In this document: positions 46,178 to 54,044 of the stretch, piece by piece
Position numbering within the stretch: position 1 is the first letter of the stretch
Layout of the letters: the number at the start of each line of letters is the position of its first letter
Assembly: GCA_964607135.1 (NCBI GenBank)
Contig: CAZSIV010000002.1
Location: forward strand, 45,347-109,346
From: an uncultured Oscillospiraceae bacterium
GTDB lineage: Bacteria; Bacillota; Clostridia; Oscillospirales; Ruminococcaceae
Direction of reading: 5' to 3'
DNA length: 64,000 bases
The notes under the pieces: model-generated
Databases searched by the model: none
Seen by the model: the letters and a program-made list of their open reading frames with translations, nothing else
What the model was told of the DNA's origin: nothing
Program-made: the position numbers and the translations under genes

Positions 46178-47030
46178 GGGCAGACGCGATCCATAAGTTT
46201 TGTGGATAATAGTGGCAATGATATCCCGCGAGGTGCCTTTACCGACCTCATTTTATTTCGTTTTGCTTCCATCCCAGGACAGCTGCCCCAAAATTGGTAA
46301 AACCTTCGTGTGCGAATTACCGGCGGCGGTTCGCCGCCCCGGGATCACCTGATCTTGACATTCCCGGTAAAAAACAGTATCATAAAAACAGAAAGGCTGC
46401 CGATAGACGGTTAGCCCTCATAAAGTGTTAGAAATAAACCGCAACTTTTGAGGGGTTGGCGGTTTATTTCTTTTTATGCGTTAGAGCTACAATCAAGCTG
46501 ATTAGACTAATTACCAGCATACAGAACTGAGCCCGTGGCCGGGCAGGACGATTCGCGCACAAAAGTGATTCAGGCTTTAGGCTTGTGTCCCGCGAGGTGC
46601 GCCGTATTTATTTTATTCTACTCGTCTCGCAGGTCTAAAACTCAAAAACCAGTAAAACGTCAGAGTGCGAACTGCCAGCGGGGGGCTCCCCGCCCTACCG
46701 TTATGGCAGCCTTAAAGGGTACACCGGTGTACCACCTCGATTCTACAGCATCTGACAGGGGTTGTCAATGACCCGCGGCCGGGCCGGGTGATCCCAGCTG
46801 AACAGTCGCGATTCGCAGGTAGTGCAAATAACAACACTCGTAACCCACGGCACGCCAGGCGTTCATACGACGTGCCCCACAGGTTAAAAGTCTAAAGGCC
46901 GATAAACCTTTTGTGTGCGAATCGTCCCGCCGAACCCCCTGGTGTACCTTAAACGAAATAGACACAACGGATCTCGCGGGTTAGGGACTTACAGGCCTGT
47001 ACTATTTAAGGAGCGCGATTTCCTGCAGCG
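46178..47030. repeat. Cluster of at least 7 copies of a GC-rich unit of about 75 nt, mostly as inverted pairs
   Basis: Unit 5' end is GGGCAGGACGATTCGCGCAC-like and unit 3' end is CCCGCGAGGTGCGCCGTA-like. Approximate copies: 46178-46237 (+), 46265-46326 (-), 46537-46606 (+), 46619-46679 (-), 46772-46860 (+), 46868-46936 (-), 46970-47030 (-). Confidence 0.5.
46431..46477 (+). terminator. Strong plus-strand terminator with no plus-strand gene upstream
   Basis: GAAATAAACCGC-loop-GCGGTTTATTTC (12-bp perfect stem) followed by TTTTTAT. Confidence 0.5.
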
Positions 47031-47140
47031 GTTTCCCGCCGAGGCCACCCGGCACACGGTGAAGCAGTGCAGTACTCCTGTGGTTCAAGGTCTTCGCAAA
47101 ATGCGTTTTAGCATTTGTTCTGTCTGACGGTTTCCGAAAT

Positions 47141-47170
47141 AAAAAAATACGGACGGAGTTCACCCGTCCG
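47141..47170 (-). terminator. Rho-independent terminator of the AEC transporter gene
   Basis: On the minus strand: CGGACGG-GTGAACT-CCGTCCG followed by TATTTTTTT. Confidence 0.6.
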
Positions 47171-47239
47171 CAGCAAAGCAATCAATTTCAGTGCTGTCTA
47201 TACCCGCCGCTTCCTGCAAAACCGCTCCACAGAAAACCG

Positions 47240-48166
47240 TCAAGCCCCCAGCTGGGCCAAACTAACCACAAGCGGCATGGTGGCAATCGACAAAAGGGTC
47301 GAGAGCGACACCAGATTGACCGAAAGCTCCACATCCTGCCCGAATTTGGCGGAAAACATGGTCGCCGCGGCCGCGACCGGCGCGCTCGCCGCAATGACGA
47401 TCGAAATCAGCAGGACATCCCTCACGCCGCAGAGCAGGAGTCCCCCGAGGGTGAGGAGCGGGACGACGATCAGCCGGAGAAAAAGGCTCCAGTAAACCTT
47501 CCCGTCCTTTAAAGCGGAGAGCAGGCGGGCGTCCGCCAGATAGAAGCCGACGATCACCATCGGCAGCGGCGTGTTCAGCGCCGCAAGGTGCCCGACCGGA
47601 ACCGCCAGCACCTCCGGGAGGGTAATCGACCCCAAAAAGAAGGCGAGTCCCACCGCGACCGACAGCAGCCCCGGATTCAAAAGCAGCTTTTTGGGGGAAA
47701 TATCCTCTTTGTTCCCACTCATCGAGACCAATCCGTAGCTCCAAAGAACCATATTGAAGACCGCGATATAAGCGGCGCCGTAGAAAACACCGTCCTCCCC
47801 GAGCAGGGCTTGCTGGAGCGGGATCGCCATAAATCCCGCATTCGAAAAGACCACCGAAAAACGGAGCACCCGCTCCCGCGCCCGGTTCCGGTCGCGGAGG
47901 GTCAGATGCGCGAGGAGAATCCCCAGCAGGTGGGCGGCAACAGCGGCAGCAGCCGCAATCCCGAGCCCCGCGAGCATCCCCGGGTCAAAGGGGCGTTGGA
48001 ATGACTGGACGATGACACAGGGGACGACGATCGTCAGGACAAAGTTGGTGATCCCCTTGGCCGCGCTCTCCTGAAACAGCTTCCCCTTTCCGCAGACGAA
48101 TCCCACGGCCACCAATACAAATAAAATCAGCACCTGCTGTGCTACTTCCAAAAAACTCTCCGCCAA
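47240..48166 (-). CDS. AEC-family (auxin efflux carrier-like) transporter
   Basis: 308 aa with about 10 TM helices. The N-terminal pattern QVLILFVLVAVGFVCGK...ITNFVLTIVVPCVIVQSF is typical of the AEC family. TTG start after AGGAG. Confidence 0.7.
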   Translation of the reverse strand: MAESFLEVAQQVLILFVLVAVGFVCGKGKLFQESAAKGITNFVLTIVVPCVIVQSFQRPFDPGMLAGLGIAAAAAVAAHLLGILLAHLTLRDRNRARERVLRFSVVFSNAGFMAIPLQQALLGEDGVFYGAAYIAVFNMVLWSYGLVSMSGNKEDISPKKLLLNPGLLSVAVGLAFFLGSITLPEVLAVPVGHLAALNTPLPMVIVGFYLADARLLSALKDGKVYWSLFLRLIVVPLLTLGGLLLCGVRDVLLISIVIAASAPVAAAATMFSAKFGQDVELSVNLVSLSTLLSIATMPLVVSLAQLGA

Positions 48167-48410
48167 TGAATGACACTCCTACCCAAATTGCCAAGGCCTT
48201 CCCCATCCTGCAATTTTTCAGCGAAAAGCCCCGTCTTTTTTCATTCCACATGATGATGAAAAAATTTCTCATACCCTAAAATTGTACCGCATTCCCGCTC
48301 GACATGCAATCCTTTCCTTTGTTTTTTGTCCGCCGAACCGCAAACCGCTTTTTGCAGCCCGGACAATGGGTGAAAATTTTAACCATCTTTTCTCTTCTCC
48401 CCTACAGGGG

Positions 48411-48460
48411 TTGACAAAAGTATACCGTTGCAGTATCCTATAGATACCCCATAGGGGTAT
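48411..48460 (+). promoter_or_regulatory. Promoter plus CsoR-type operator
   Basis: TTGACA, a 17-nt spacer, TATCCT, then the palindrome ATACCCC-ATA-GGGGTAT (48444-48460). This resembles known GC-tract CsoR operators. Confidence 0.5.
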
Positions 48461-48505
48461 ATGGTATTTTGAAGAGCCTTTTACATAAAATAAGGAGGAA
48501 ACGGT

Positions 48506-48784
48506 ATGGTCAACAAACACCAATACAACGAAGCGGTTCTTTCCCGTCTTTCCAGGATCGAAGGACAGATCCGGGGGATCAAGACAATGGTCGAGAACGG
48601 CCGGGAATGTGAGGACATCTTCATGCAGATTTCGGCGGTCGGTTCTGCGATTACCAACGTCTCCCTCCTGATCGTAGAGGACCACATTGAGCACTGCGTC
48701 CGCTCTGGAATCGAATCCGGGGACGTGCAGGACACCCTCGAAAATCTGATTGATATCTTCAAGCAGTTTTCCAAGCTGAAGTAA
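48506..48784 (+). CDS. csoR: CsoR/RcnR-family metal-sensing repressor
   Basis: 92 aa. Cys35, His60 and Cys64 have the CsoR spacing (x-C-H-C fingerprint). Confidence 0.8.
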   Translation: MVNKHQYNEAVLSRLSRIEGQIRGIKTMVENGRECEDIFMQISAVGSAITNVSLLIVEDHIEHCVRSGIESGDVQDTLENLIDIFKQFSKLK

Positions 48785-48810
48785 CCAAACAATAGACAGG
48801 AGGCGATTTT

Positions 48811-50982
48811 ATGAACGACGACAGGCAGTTCAGCCGGAACGGCTGTGAAGACGCGCCGTCCGGGCAGCCCCTTTCCGCCGGTTCTAAGCCATCCGGATGC
48901 GGCGGGGAATGCGGGGGCTGTGCAGGTTGCGGCGGTTCTCTCTATCCGCCCTTCAACCCGTTCGAAGAGATTGAAAAAACGGGGGGTTCTCAAAAAAAGA
49001 AACGGCGTTTATTCGGGAAAGAAAAACGCGGGCGCCGCTGTGAAGAAGGCTGCCGCCACGAACATGGGCATCCCCACGGTGGGGAAGATAGCTGCGGCTG
49101 CGGGCACGACCACGAGCATGGGAGCGAATCCGGCTGGAAGCTGATGTCCCTTCGGCTGATCCTCTCCCTGGCGCTCCTTCTCTGCGCCAAGCTGGTCCCG
49201 ATGCAGTCCTGGCTCTCCCTCTCCCTCTTCATCCTCTCTTACCTGATCGCCGGGGCCGATGTTTTGTGGCGGGCGCTCCGGAACATCCTGCGCGGAAAGC
49301 TCTTTGACGAAAACTTCTTAATGGCGATCGCCACCGTGGGGGCCTTCGGAATCGGCGACTACGCCGAAGGGATCGCCGTCATGCTCTTCTACCAGTTCGG
49401 CGAGATGCTCCAAGACCTCGCCGTCAGCCGTTCCCGCCGCTCCATCACAGCGCTGATGGACATCCGGCCCGATTTTGCCCGGAAGCGGGAAAACGGAGCG
49501 CTGGTCACCTGCAAGCCGGAGGAAATTGCTTTAGATGAAGTGATCGTCGTCAACCCCGGCGAACGGATCCCGCTCGACGGGGTGGTCGTCAAAGGCAGTT
49601 CCTTCCTCGACACATCCGCGCTGACCGGGGAATCCGCCCCGCGTGCGATCTCCGAGGGGGGCGAAGTCCTCTCCGGTTCTATCAATCAAAACGCCACGCT
49701 GGAAATCCGGGTGACAAAGGTCTTTCACGATTCCACCGTGTCAAAGATTCTGGAGCTCACCCAAAACGCATCCTCCCGCAAGGCGAATACTGAAAAATTC
49801 ATCACCCGGTTCGCCCGGATCTACACCCCCATCGTCGTGCTCTGCGCCCTTCTCACCGCGGTTCTCCCACCTGCCTTTCTCGGCTGGGATACCTTTGGCG
49901 ACTGGCTCTACCGCGCCTTGATCTTCTTAGTCATCTCCTGCCCCTGTGCGCTGGTCGTTTCGATCCCGCTCGGGTTTTTCGGCGGGATCGGCGGGGCATC
50001 CAAACGGGGCGTCTTAATCAAGGGGAGCAACTATCTGGAAGGGCTCTGCCGGGCTTCCACCGTCGTCCTGGATAAAACCGGCACCCTGACCCGGGGGGAG
50101 TTTTCCGTAGAGGCCCTTTTCCCGGCGGAGGGGATCACAGAAGCCGACCTGCTGGAAGCGGCGGCCTTTGCTGAGGCGCGGTCTTCCCACCCGATCGCAA
50201 GGTCGGTTCTCGCCCGGTACGGGAAGGCGCCGGATGACGCCCGGATCGCCCAAAGCGAAGAAAGCGCGGGCTTCGGTACTACGGTCCGGCTGAAAGACGG
50301 CGCCGTCCTCCTCGCCGGAAGCGGAAAGCTGATGGAACAGAACGGCATTTCCGCCAAAAATCAACCCACCGCAGGCACAGCCGTTCATGTCTCCAAGAAC
50401 GGCGAATATCTCGGAAGCATCCTGATTGCCGACACCCTCAAGCCCACTTCTAAAGAAGCGGTGCGCCGCCTGCGGGAAACCGGAGTCAAAAGGGTCGTCA
50501 TGCTGACTGGAGATTCCCCTGCCGCCGCAGAGAAGACCGCAGCCGAAGCCGGGGTCGACGAATGGCGGGCAGGACTGCTCCCGCAGGACAAAGTCGCCGC
50601 TGTCGACGAGCTGTTGGATCAGCAGCCCCCCAGCGAGAGACTGATCTTTGTCGGGGACGGGATCAACGACGCGCCGGTCATCGCCCGGGCGGATATCGGG
50701 GTCGCAATGGGCGGAATCGGTTCCGATGCCGCCATCGAAGCGGCCGACGTCGTGCTGATGACCGACGACCTCGCAAAGCTCCCCCTCGCCGTCCGGATTG
50801 CGCGGAAAACCCGGCGGATCATTACCCAGAATATCGTTTTCGCCCTGGGGGTCAAGGTGCTGGTTCTCCTGCTCAGCCTCTTCGGGATCACCTCGATGTG
50901 GATCGCGATCTTCGCCGACGTCGGCGTGGCCCTTTTAGCCATCCTCAACGCGCTGCGTGCCATGCGGATCAAAGAAAACTGA
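48811..50982 (+). CDS. P1B-type heavy-metal ATPase (Zn/Cd/Co-like TM signature)
   Basis: TGES, CPC in TM6, DKTGTLT and GDGINDAP. A Lys is present in ALGVKVL (TM7) and FADVG (D-x-G) in TM8. His/Cys-rich N-terminus. Confidence 0.9.
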   Translation: MNDDRQFSRNGCEDAPSGQPLSAGSKPSGCGGECGGCAGCGGSLYPPFNPFEEIEKTGGSQKKKRRLFGKEKRGRRCEEGCRHEHGHPHGGEDSCGCGHDHEHGSESGWKLMSLRLILSLALLLCAKLVPMQSWLSLSLFILSYLIAGADVLWRALRNILRGKLFDENFLMAIATVGAFGIGDYAEGIAVMLFYQFGEMLQDLAVSRSRRSITALMDIRPDFARKRENGALVTCKPEEIALDEVIVVNPGERIPLDGVVVKGSSFLDTSALTGESAPRAISEGGEVLSGSINQNATLEIRVTKVFHDSTVSKILELTQNASSRKANTEKFITRFARIYTPIVVLCALLTAVLPPAFLGWDTFGDWLYRALIFLVISCPCALVVSIPLGFFGGIGGASKRGVLIKGSNYLEGLCRASTVVLDKTGTLTRGEFSVEALFPAEGITEADLLEAAAFAEARSSHPIARSVLARYGKAPDDARIAQSEESAGFGTTVRLKDGAVLLAGSGKLMEQNGISAKNQPTAGTAVHVSKNGEYLGSILIADTLKPTSKEAVRRLRETGVKRVVMLTGDSPAAAEKTAAEAGVDEWRAGLLPQDKVAAVDELLDQQPPSERLIFVGDGINDAPVIARADIGVAMGGIGSDAAIEAADVVLMTDDLAKLPLAVRIARKTRRIITQNIVFALGVKVLVLLLSLFGITSMWIAIFADVGVALLAILNALRAMRIKEN

Positions 50983-50996
50983 AACGGGTATCCAAA

Positions 50997-51030
50997 CAGC
51001 CCCGGCCAGACATTTGTCCGGCCGGGGCTG
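50997..51030. terminator. Bidirectional terminator
   Basis: CAGCCCCGGCCAGAC-ATTT-GTCCGGCCGGGGCTG, lying between convergent genes. Confidence 0.6.
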
Positions 51031-51077
51031 TGTTCATCTCATATAATACAAGGCGGGAGGCACGCTCCGCCCGCCCC

Positions 51078-51320
51078 TCATTCCTCTTTCTCAGGCGGGA
51101 GATAGCGGATCAGGTCCGAAATATCGCACTCCAAAACGCAGCAGATTCTCGCGAGCACGCCGAGGTCCGGCCGTTGGATTTCATTTTTGCAGTACGCTTG
51201 CAGCTGTGTGTACTGAAGCTCCGCCATCCTGGAAAGACGGCTCTTACTGATGCTGTGCTGCGACAGATATTCGTCCAGAACAATTTCACACCTGCCCCAG
51301 TCGGTTATATAGGTCAGCAT
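51078..51320 (-). CDS. XRE-family HTH transcriptional regulator
   Basis: LSKSRLSRMAELQYTQLQAYCKNE...LARICCVLECDISDLI shows the HTH_3/26 pattern. The ATG at 51320 follows CAGGAG; the ORF opens at 51338. Confidence 0.7.
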   Translation of the reverse strand: MLTYITDWGRCEIVLDEYLSQHSISKSRLSRMAELQYTQLQAYCKNEIQRPDLGVLARICCVLECDISDLIRYLPPEKEE

Positions 51321-51744
51321 GGCATTCTCCTGATTCAATTATTTACTGTTTCAGTATAAATAATTGAAAGAGACGTACCAATCTGTGATTATATACATGC
51401 TATTATTTGCAGGTGAGCTGTCTGTTACATTTTTTGAGAGAGACATCACAGATCGTCAAGCCGGTAAAATTGAACCGGCTGTAAACAAAAAGAGCATATA
51501 TGAGCATTTTTTAAAAAAAGACTATGCTATAATCAGTACGCGCCGTATTTTCACTGATGAATAAAGGATCAATAAATCGAAACACGGAAATACGATGCTC
51601 TATTTTTTGATGCCCGAAAAAATGATACACGGTGAATGATGTGCTGCACGAATAAAAAACGAATAATTGAAAACAATATATTTCGTCTGATGTATTGACA
51701 ATAGACGGGATAAAGAATATAATAGTACAGAAAGGAGTGGTCAC

Positions 51745-52020
51745 ATGGCACCAATAAGTACAACAATTAAAATTGACCCGGAGTTAAAAAAACAGGCTCA
51801 AGATTTATTTGGCAAATTGGGGATGAATCTTACTACGGCTGTTAATATTTTTTTAGCTCAGGCGGTGAGAGAACAGGCTATTCCTTTTAAAATAGGAATG
51901 GATGTTCCGAATGAGGAAACGTTGGCGGCAATTAATGAAGTAAAAGAATTAAAGAAGGATCCTCATAAAAAGACCTATGGTAATTTTGCGGAACTTTTGG
52001 AGGATCTGGACAATGAATAA
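51745..52020 (+). CDS. dinJ: RelB/DinJ-family type II antitoxin
   Basis: TTIKIDPELKKQAQDLFGKLGMNLTTAVNIFLAQAVREQAIPF is the canonical DinJ RHH N-domain. Confidence 0.8.
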   Translation: MAPISTTIKIDPELKKQAQDLFGKLGMNLTTAVNIFLAQAVREQAIPFKIGMDVPNEETLAAINEVKELKKDPHKKTYGNFAELLEDLDNE

Positions 52021-52297
52021 CAAATACGAAATTGTTCAGACTGGACGATTTAAGAAAGATTTAAAACTTGCGAGAAAACGAGGGTATGACCTTTCCTTAA
52101 TTGGCAATGTAGTTGATACACTTGCTATGGGAGAGGAACTCCCGGAGAAATACAAGGATCATAGTTTGTCCGGTAATTATGCCGGTTGCCGAGAGTGTCA
52201 CATTACCCCGGATTGGCTGCTGATCTATGAGATTTCCGATAATGAGCTTATTTTGTACTTGACAAGAACAGGAACGCACAGCGATTTGTTTCAATAG
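52013..52297 (+). CDS. yafQ: YafQ-family (RelE superfamily) mRNA interferase toxin
   Basis: FKKDLKLARKRGYDL...HSLSGNYAGCRECHITPDWLLIY...LTRTGTHSDLF is the YafQ signature. The ATG overlaps the dinJ stop codon. Confidence 0.8.
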   Translation: MNNKYEIVQTGRFKKDLKLARKRGYDLSLIGNVVDTLAMGEELPEKYKDHSLSGNYAGCRECHITPDWLLIYEISDNELILYLTRTGTHSDLFQ

Positions 52298-52367
52298 TGT
52301 AATTTAAAAATTACGCTGCAAGAAGTTCTTTAGAGTAGCAGAACAACAAATTTTAAATTACAAAAAA

Positions 52368-52400
52368 GAGGGGTGTCAATATTGACACCCCTCTTTTGTC
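52368..52400 (+). terminator. Rho-independent terminator
   Basis: AGAGGGGTGTCAA/TTGACACCCCTCT 13-bp palindrome followed by a T-tract. Confidence 0.6.
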
Positions 52401-52447
52401 ATCGGAAAAGCCCGCCATAGTGGCGGGGTTGAAAAGAGCTTAATTGA

Positions 52448-52571
52448 TTTTTTCAAATATACGCAGGGGCGTATACGACCAAACGAAATCTTAATTTATC
52501 ATGACAGCAGGGGGCGGTAAGGTGTTTTTTGGGCCCGTTCAAACCGCCCCTCGTTCCTCTTTCTCAGGAGG
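52448..52571. repeat. Direct repeat R1 (about 124 bp)
   Basis: About 85% identical by eye to 53030-53152. Contains the hairpin TATACGC-AGGG-GCGTATA. Ends in the 25-nt box CCGCCCCTCGTTCCTCTTTCTCAGG. Confidence 0.6.
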
Positions 52572-52639
52572 AAGACAGCGAACCAAGAAAGAACGTTTTA
52601 GATCAAAGCGACTCACTGTGTTTGAGCCGCTGGTACGCA

Positions 52640-52882
52640 TTATTTCATTTCCTGCTCCAGATTTTCGAACAGTTCACAGTCAAAAAATTCGGGGATGGTA
52701 ATCCCCAACCCGTCGCAGAGCATCTTCAAAGTGACGACCCCGGGATTTCGGCTGACTCCGTTCAATATATTTTTTAAAGCGGAAGCGGGGACGGCGGAAA
52801 TACGCGCTAAAGCATTCGGCGAAAGCTGCTTCTGCCTGCACAGAAATAACAGCCGTTTGACTACGGCTTCGCGCATATTCAT
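52640..52882 (-). CDS. XRE-family HTH transcriptional regulator
   Basis: LSPNALARISAVPASALKNILNGVSRNPGVVTLKMLCDGLGITIPEFF shows the HTH_3 pattern. The start is probably MNMREAV; the ORF opens at 52948. Confidence 0.7.
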   Translation of the reverse strand: MNMREAVVKRLLFLCRQKQLSPNALARISAVPASALKNILNGVSRNPGVVTLKMLCDGLGITIPEFFDCELFENLEQEMK

Positions 52883-53029
52883 CCTTTTCACCCCAGTCCA
52901 TATATGGTAACTATAGTTTAACCGACCGCGGAACAAAATGTAGACCATATATGGACTTTTTAAAAGAGCTATGTTATAATTGGTATATATTAAGTTTTTA
53001 CCAATATATAAGGTATCAATTTGCTGTTA

Positions 53030-53152
53030 TTTTTTCAAATATACGCAGGGGCGTATACATACAAGCGAAATCTCCTTTAAAATGACAGCAAGGGGCGATA
53101 AGGTGTTTTTTAGACCCGTTCAAACCGCCCCTCATTCCTCTTTCTCAGGAGG
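53030..53152. repeat. Direct repeat R2 (about 123 bp)
   Basis: Copy of R1. Ends in CCGCCCCTCATTCCTCTTTCTCAGG, identical to 51071-51095 (the 3' end of the XRE gene at 51078). Confidence 0.6.
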
Positions 53153-53318
53153 GAACGTAAAGTTCGGCATCGGGCTCATGTATTCTTATTTGTATTCGAA
53201 TAATGAATCTATATTTCGTATTCGATAACGTATATACTTTTTCATGAGGTGATCCTAATGTTTATTCCCAAACAATACAAAAAAGAGCTTTACATGAGTT
53301 GCGGTATGGATTCGGCGT

Positions 53319-53516
53319 ATGGAAGTGGTGGCAATGAGGAAATATAAAATTCCAAGAATTCCGCCGACGACAACAAAAAGCATCCGGTTTCCGAACGATA
53401 CGATAGAGGAAGTCGAAGAGGCCATTCGGGGAAAAGAATGCACCTTTACGGCCTTTGTTGTAGAAGCGGTCAGGGCTGCGCTGGACAATTTAAGGGAAGA
53501 AGCGGAAAACAGATGA
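53319..53516 (+). CDS. Small Arc/RHH-like DNA-binding protein (tentative)
   Basis: KSIRFPNDTIEEVEEAIRGKECTFTAFVVEAVRAAL shows the beta-strand/helix/helix pattern. The start is uncertain. Confidence 0.4.
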   Translation: MEVVAMRKYKIPRIPPTTTKSIRFPNDTIEEVEEAIRGKECTFTAFVVEAVRAALDNLREEAENR

Positions 53517-53573
53517 AGGTAATCTGAAACGTATAGACTCTTTCAAGAGATTAAAATAGAAAGAGGTGCTTTT

Positions 53574-54044
53574 ATGCCCGCCCCAACCTGCTGCTTTACC
53601 GGGCATCGGGAGCTGCCGGAGGAAAAAATCTCCGAAATCAGGCGGCGGCTTGCGGAGGAAATCGTCCGCCTCATCCCCGAAGGCGTGACCCGGTTTGCAG
53701 CGGGCGGCGCCCTGGGGTTCGACACCCTCGCGGCCCTGGCGGTCTTGCAGATGAAGGCGCTTTTCGCAGAGCTCGAATTGACCCTGATCCTCCCCTGCAA
53801 GACGCAGGACCGGTACTGGAGGCAGGCGGAGAAAGAGCGCTACCGGGAGATTCTGTCCCAGGCGGATCACGTCACATACGTGTCGGAGCAATATGTACGG
53901 GGCTGTATGCAAAAACGGAACCGCCTTCTGGTGGAAGGGAGTTCCGTTTGCATTTGCTATTGCGCCAAAAATCAGGGCAGTACGGCCTATACCGTGCGGT
54001 ACGCGCGCAAAAAGGGGCGCAGAATCATCAACCTGGCGGAGTGA
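53574..54044 (+). CDS. DUF1273 / YpsA-like SLOG-family protein
   Basis: CCFTGHRELP...RFAAGGALGFDTLAA...CYCAKNQGSTAYTVRYARKKG matches the SLOG (YpsA) pattern. Confidence 0.65.
   Translation: MPAPTCCFTGHRELPEEKISEIRRRLAEEIVRLIPEGVTRFAAGGALGFDTLAALAVLQMKALFAELELTLILPCKTQDRYWRQAEKERYREILSQADHVTYVSEQYVRGCMQKRNRLLVEGSSVCICYCAKNQGSTAYTVRYARKKGRRIINLAE

Noticed and set aside
46537-46606. Guanidine-III (ykkC-III) or cobalamin riboswitch
   Set aside because: GGCCGGGCAGGACGATTCGCGCAC and CCCGCGAGGTGCGCCGTA resemble, from my memory of the 41-nt ykkC-III pseudoknot, its 3' and 5' halves. They occur in permuted order, however, and are separated by about 30 nt. The other copies are degenerate, they occur on both strands, and no guanidine-related gene lies downstream. 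The cobalamin core (GGGAA...CCCGCCACTGT) is not present. A cmsearch that includes a permuted model would settle this.
46718-46740. T-box element (GGTGGTACACCGG read on the minus strand)
   Set aside because: It resembles the T-box sequence GGGTGGTACCGCG only loosely (one extra base). There is no specifier loop, no terminator/antiterminator arrangement, and no aminoacyl-tRNA synthetase or amino-acid gene downstream.
50562-51359. 265-aa plus-strand ORF overlapping the end of the P-type ATPase and the XRE gene
   Set aside because: It is an out-of-frame read-through of the ATPase 3' region with Arg-rich composition, and it conflicts with two well-supported genes.
51364-51564. 66-aa ORF between the XRE gene and dinJ
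   Set aside because: It has no convincing RBS or motif and lies in AT-rich promoter DNA. I could not support it as a gene.
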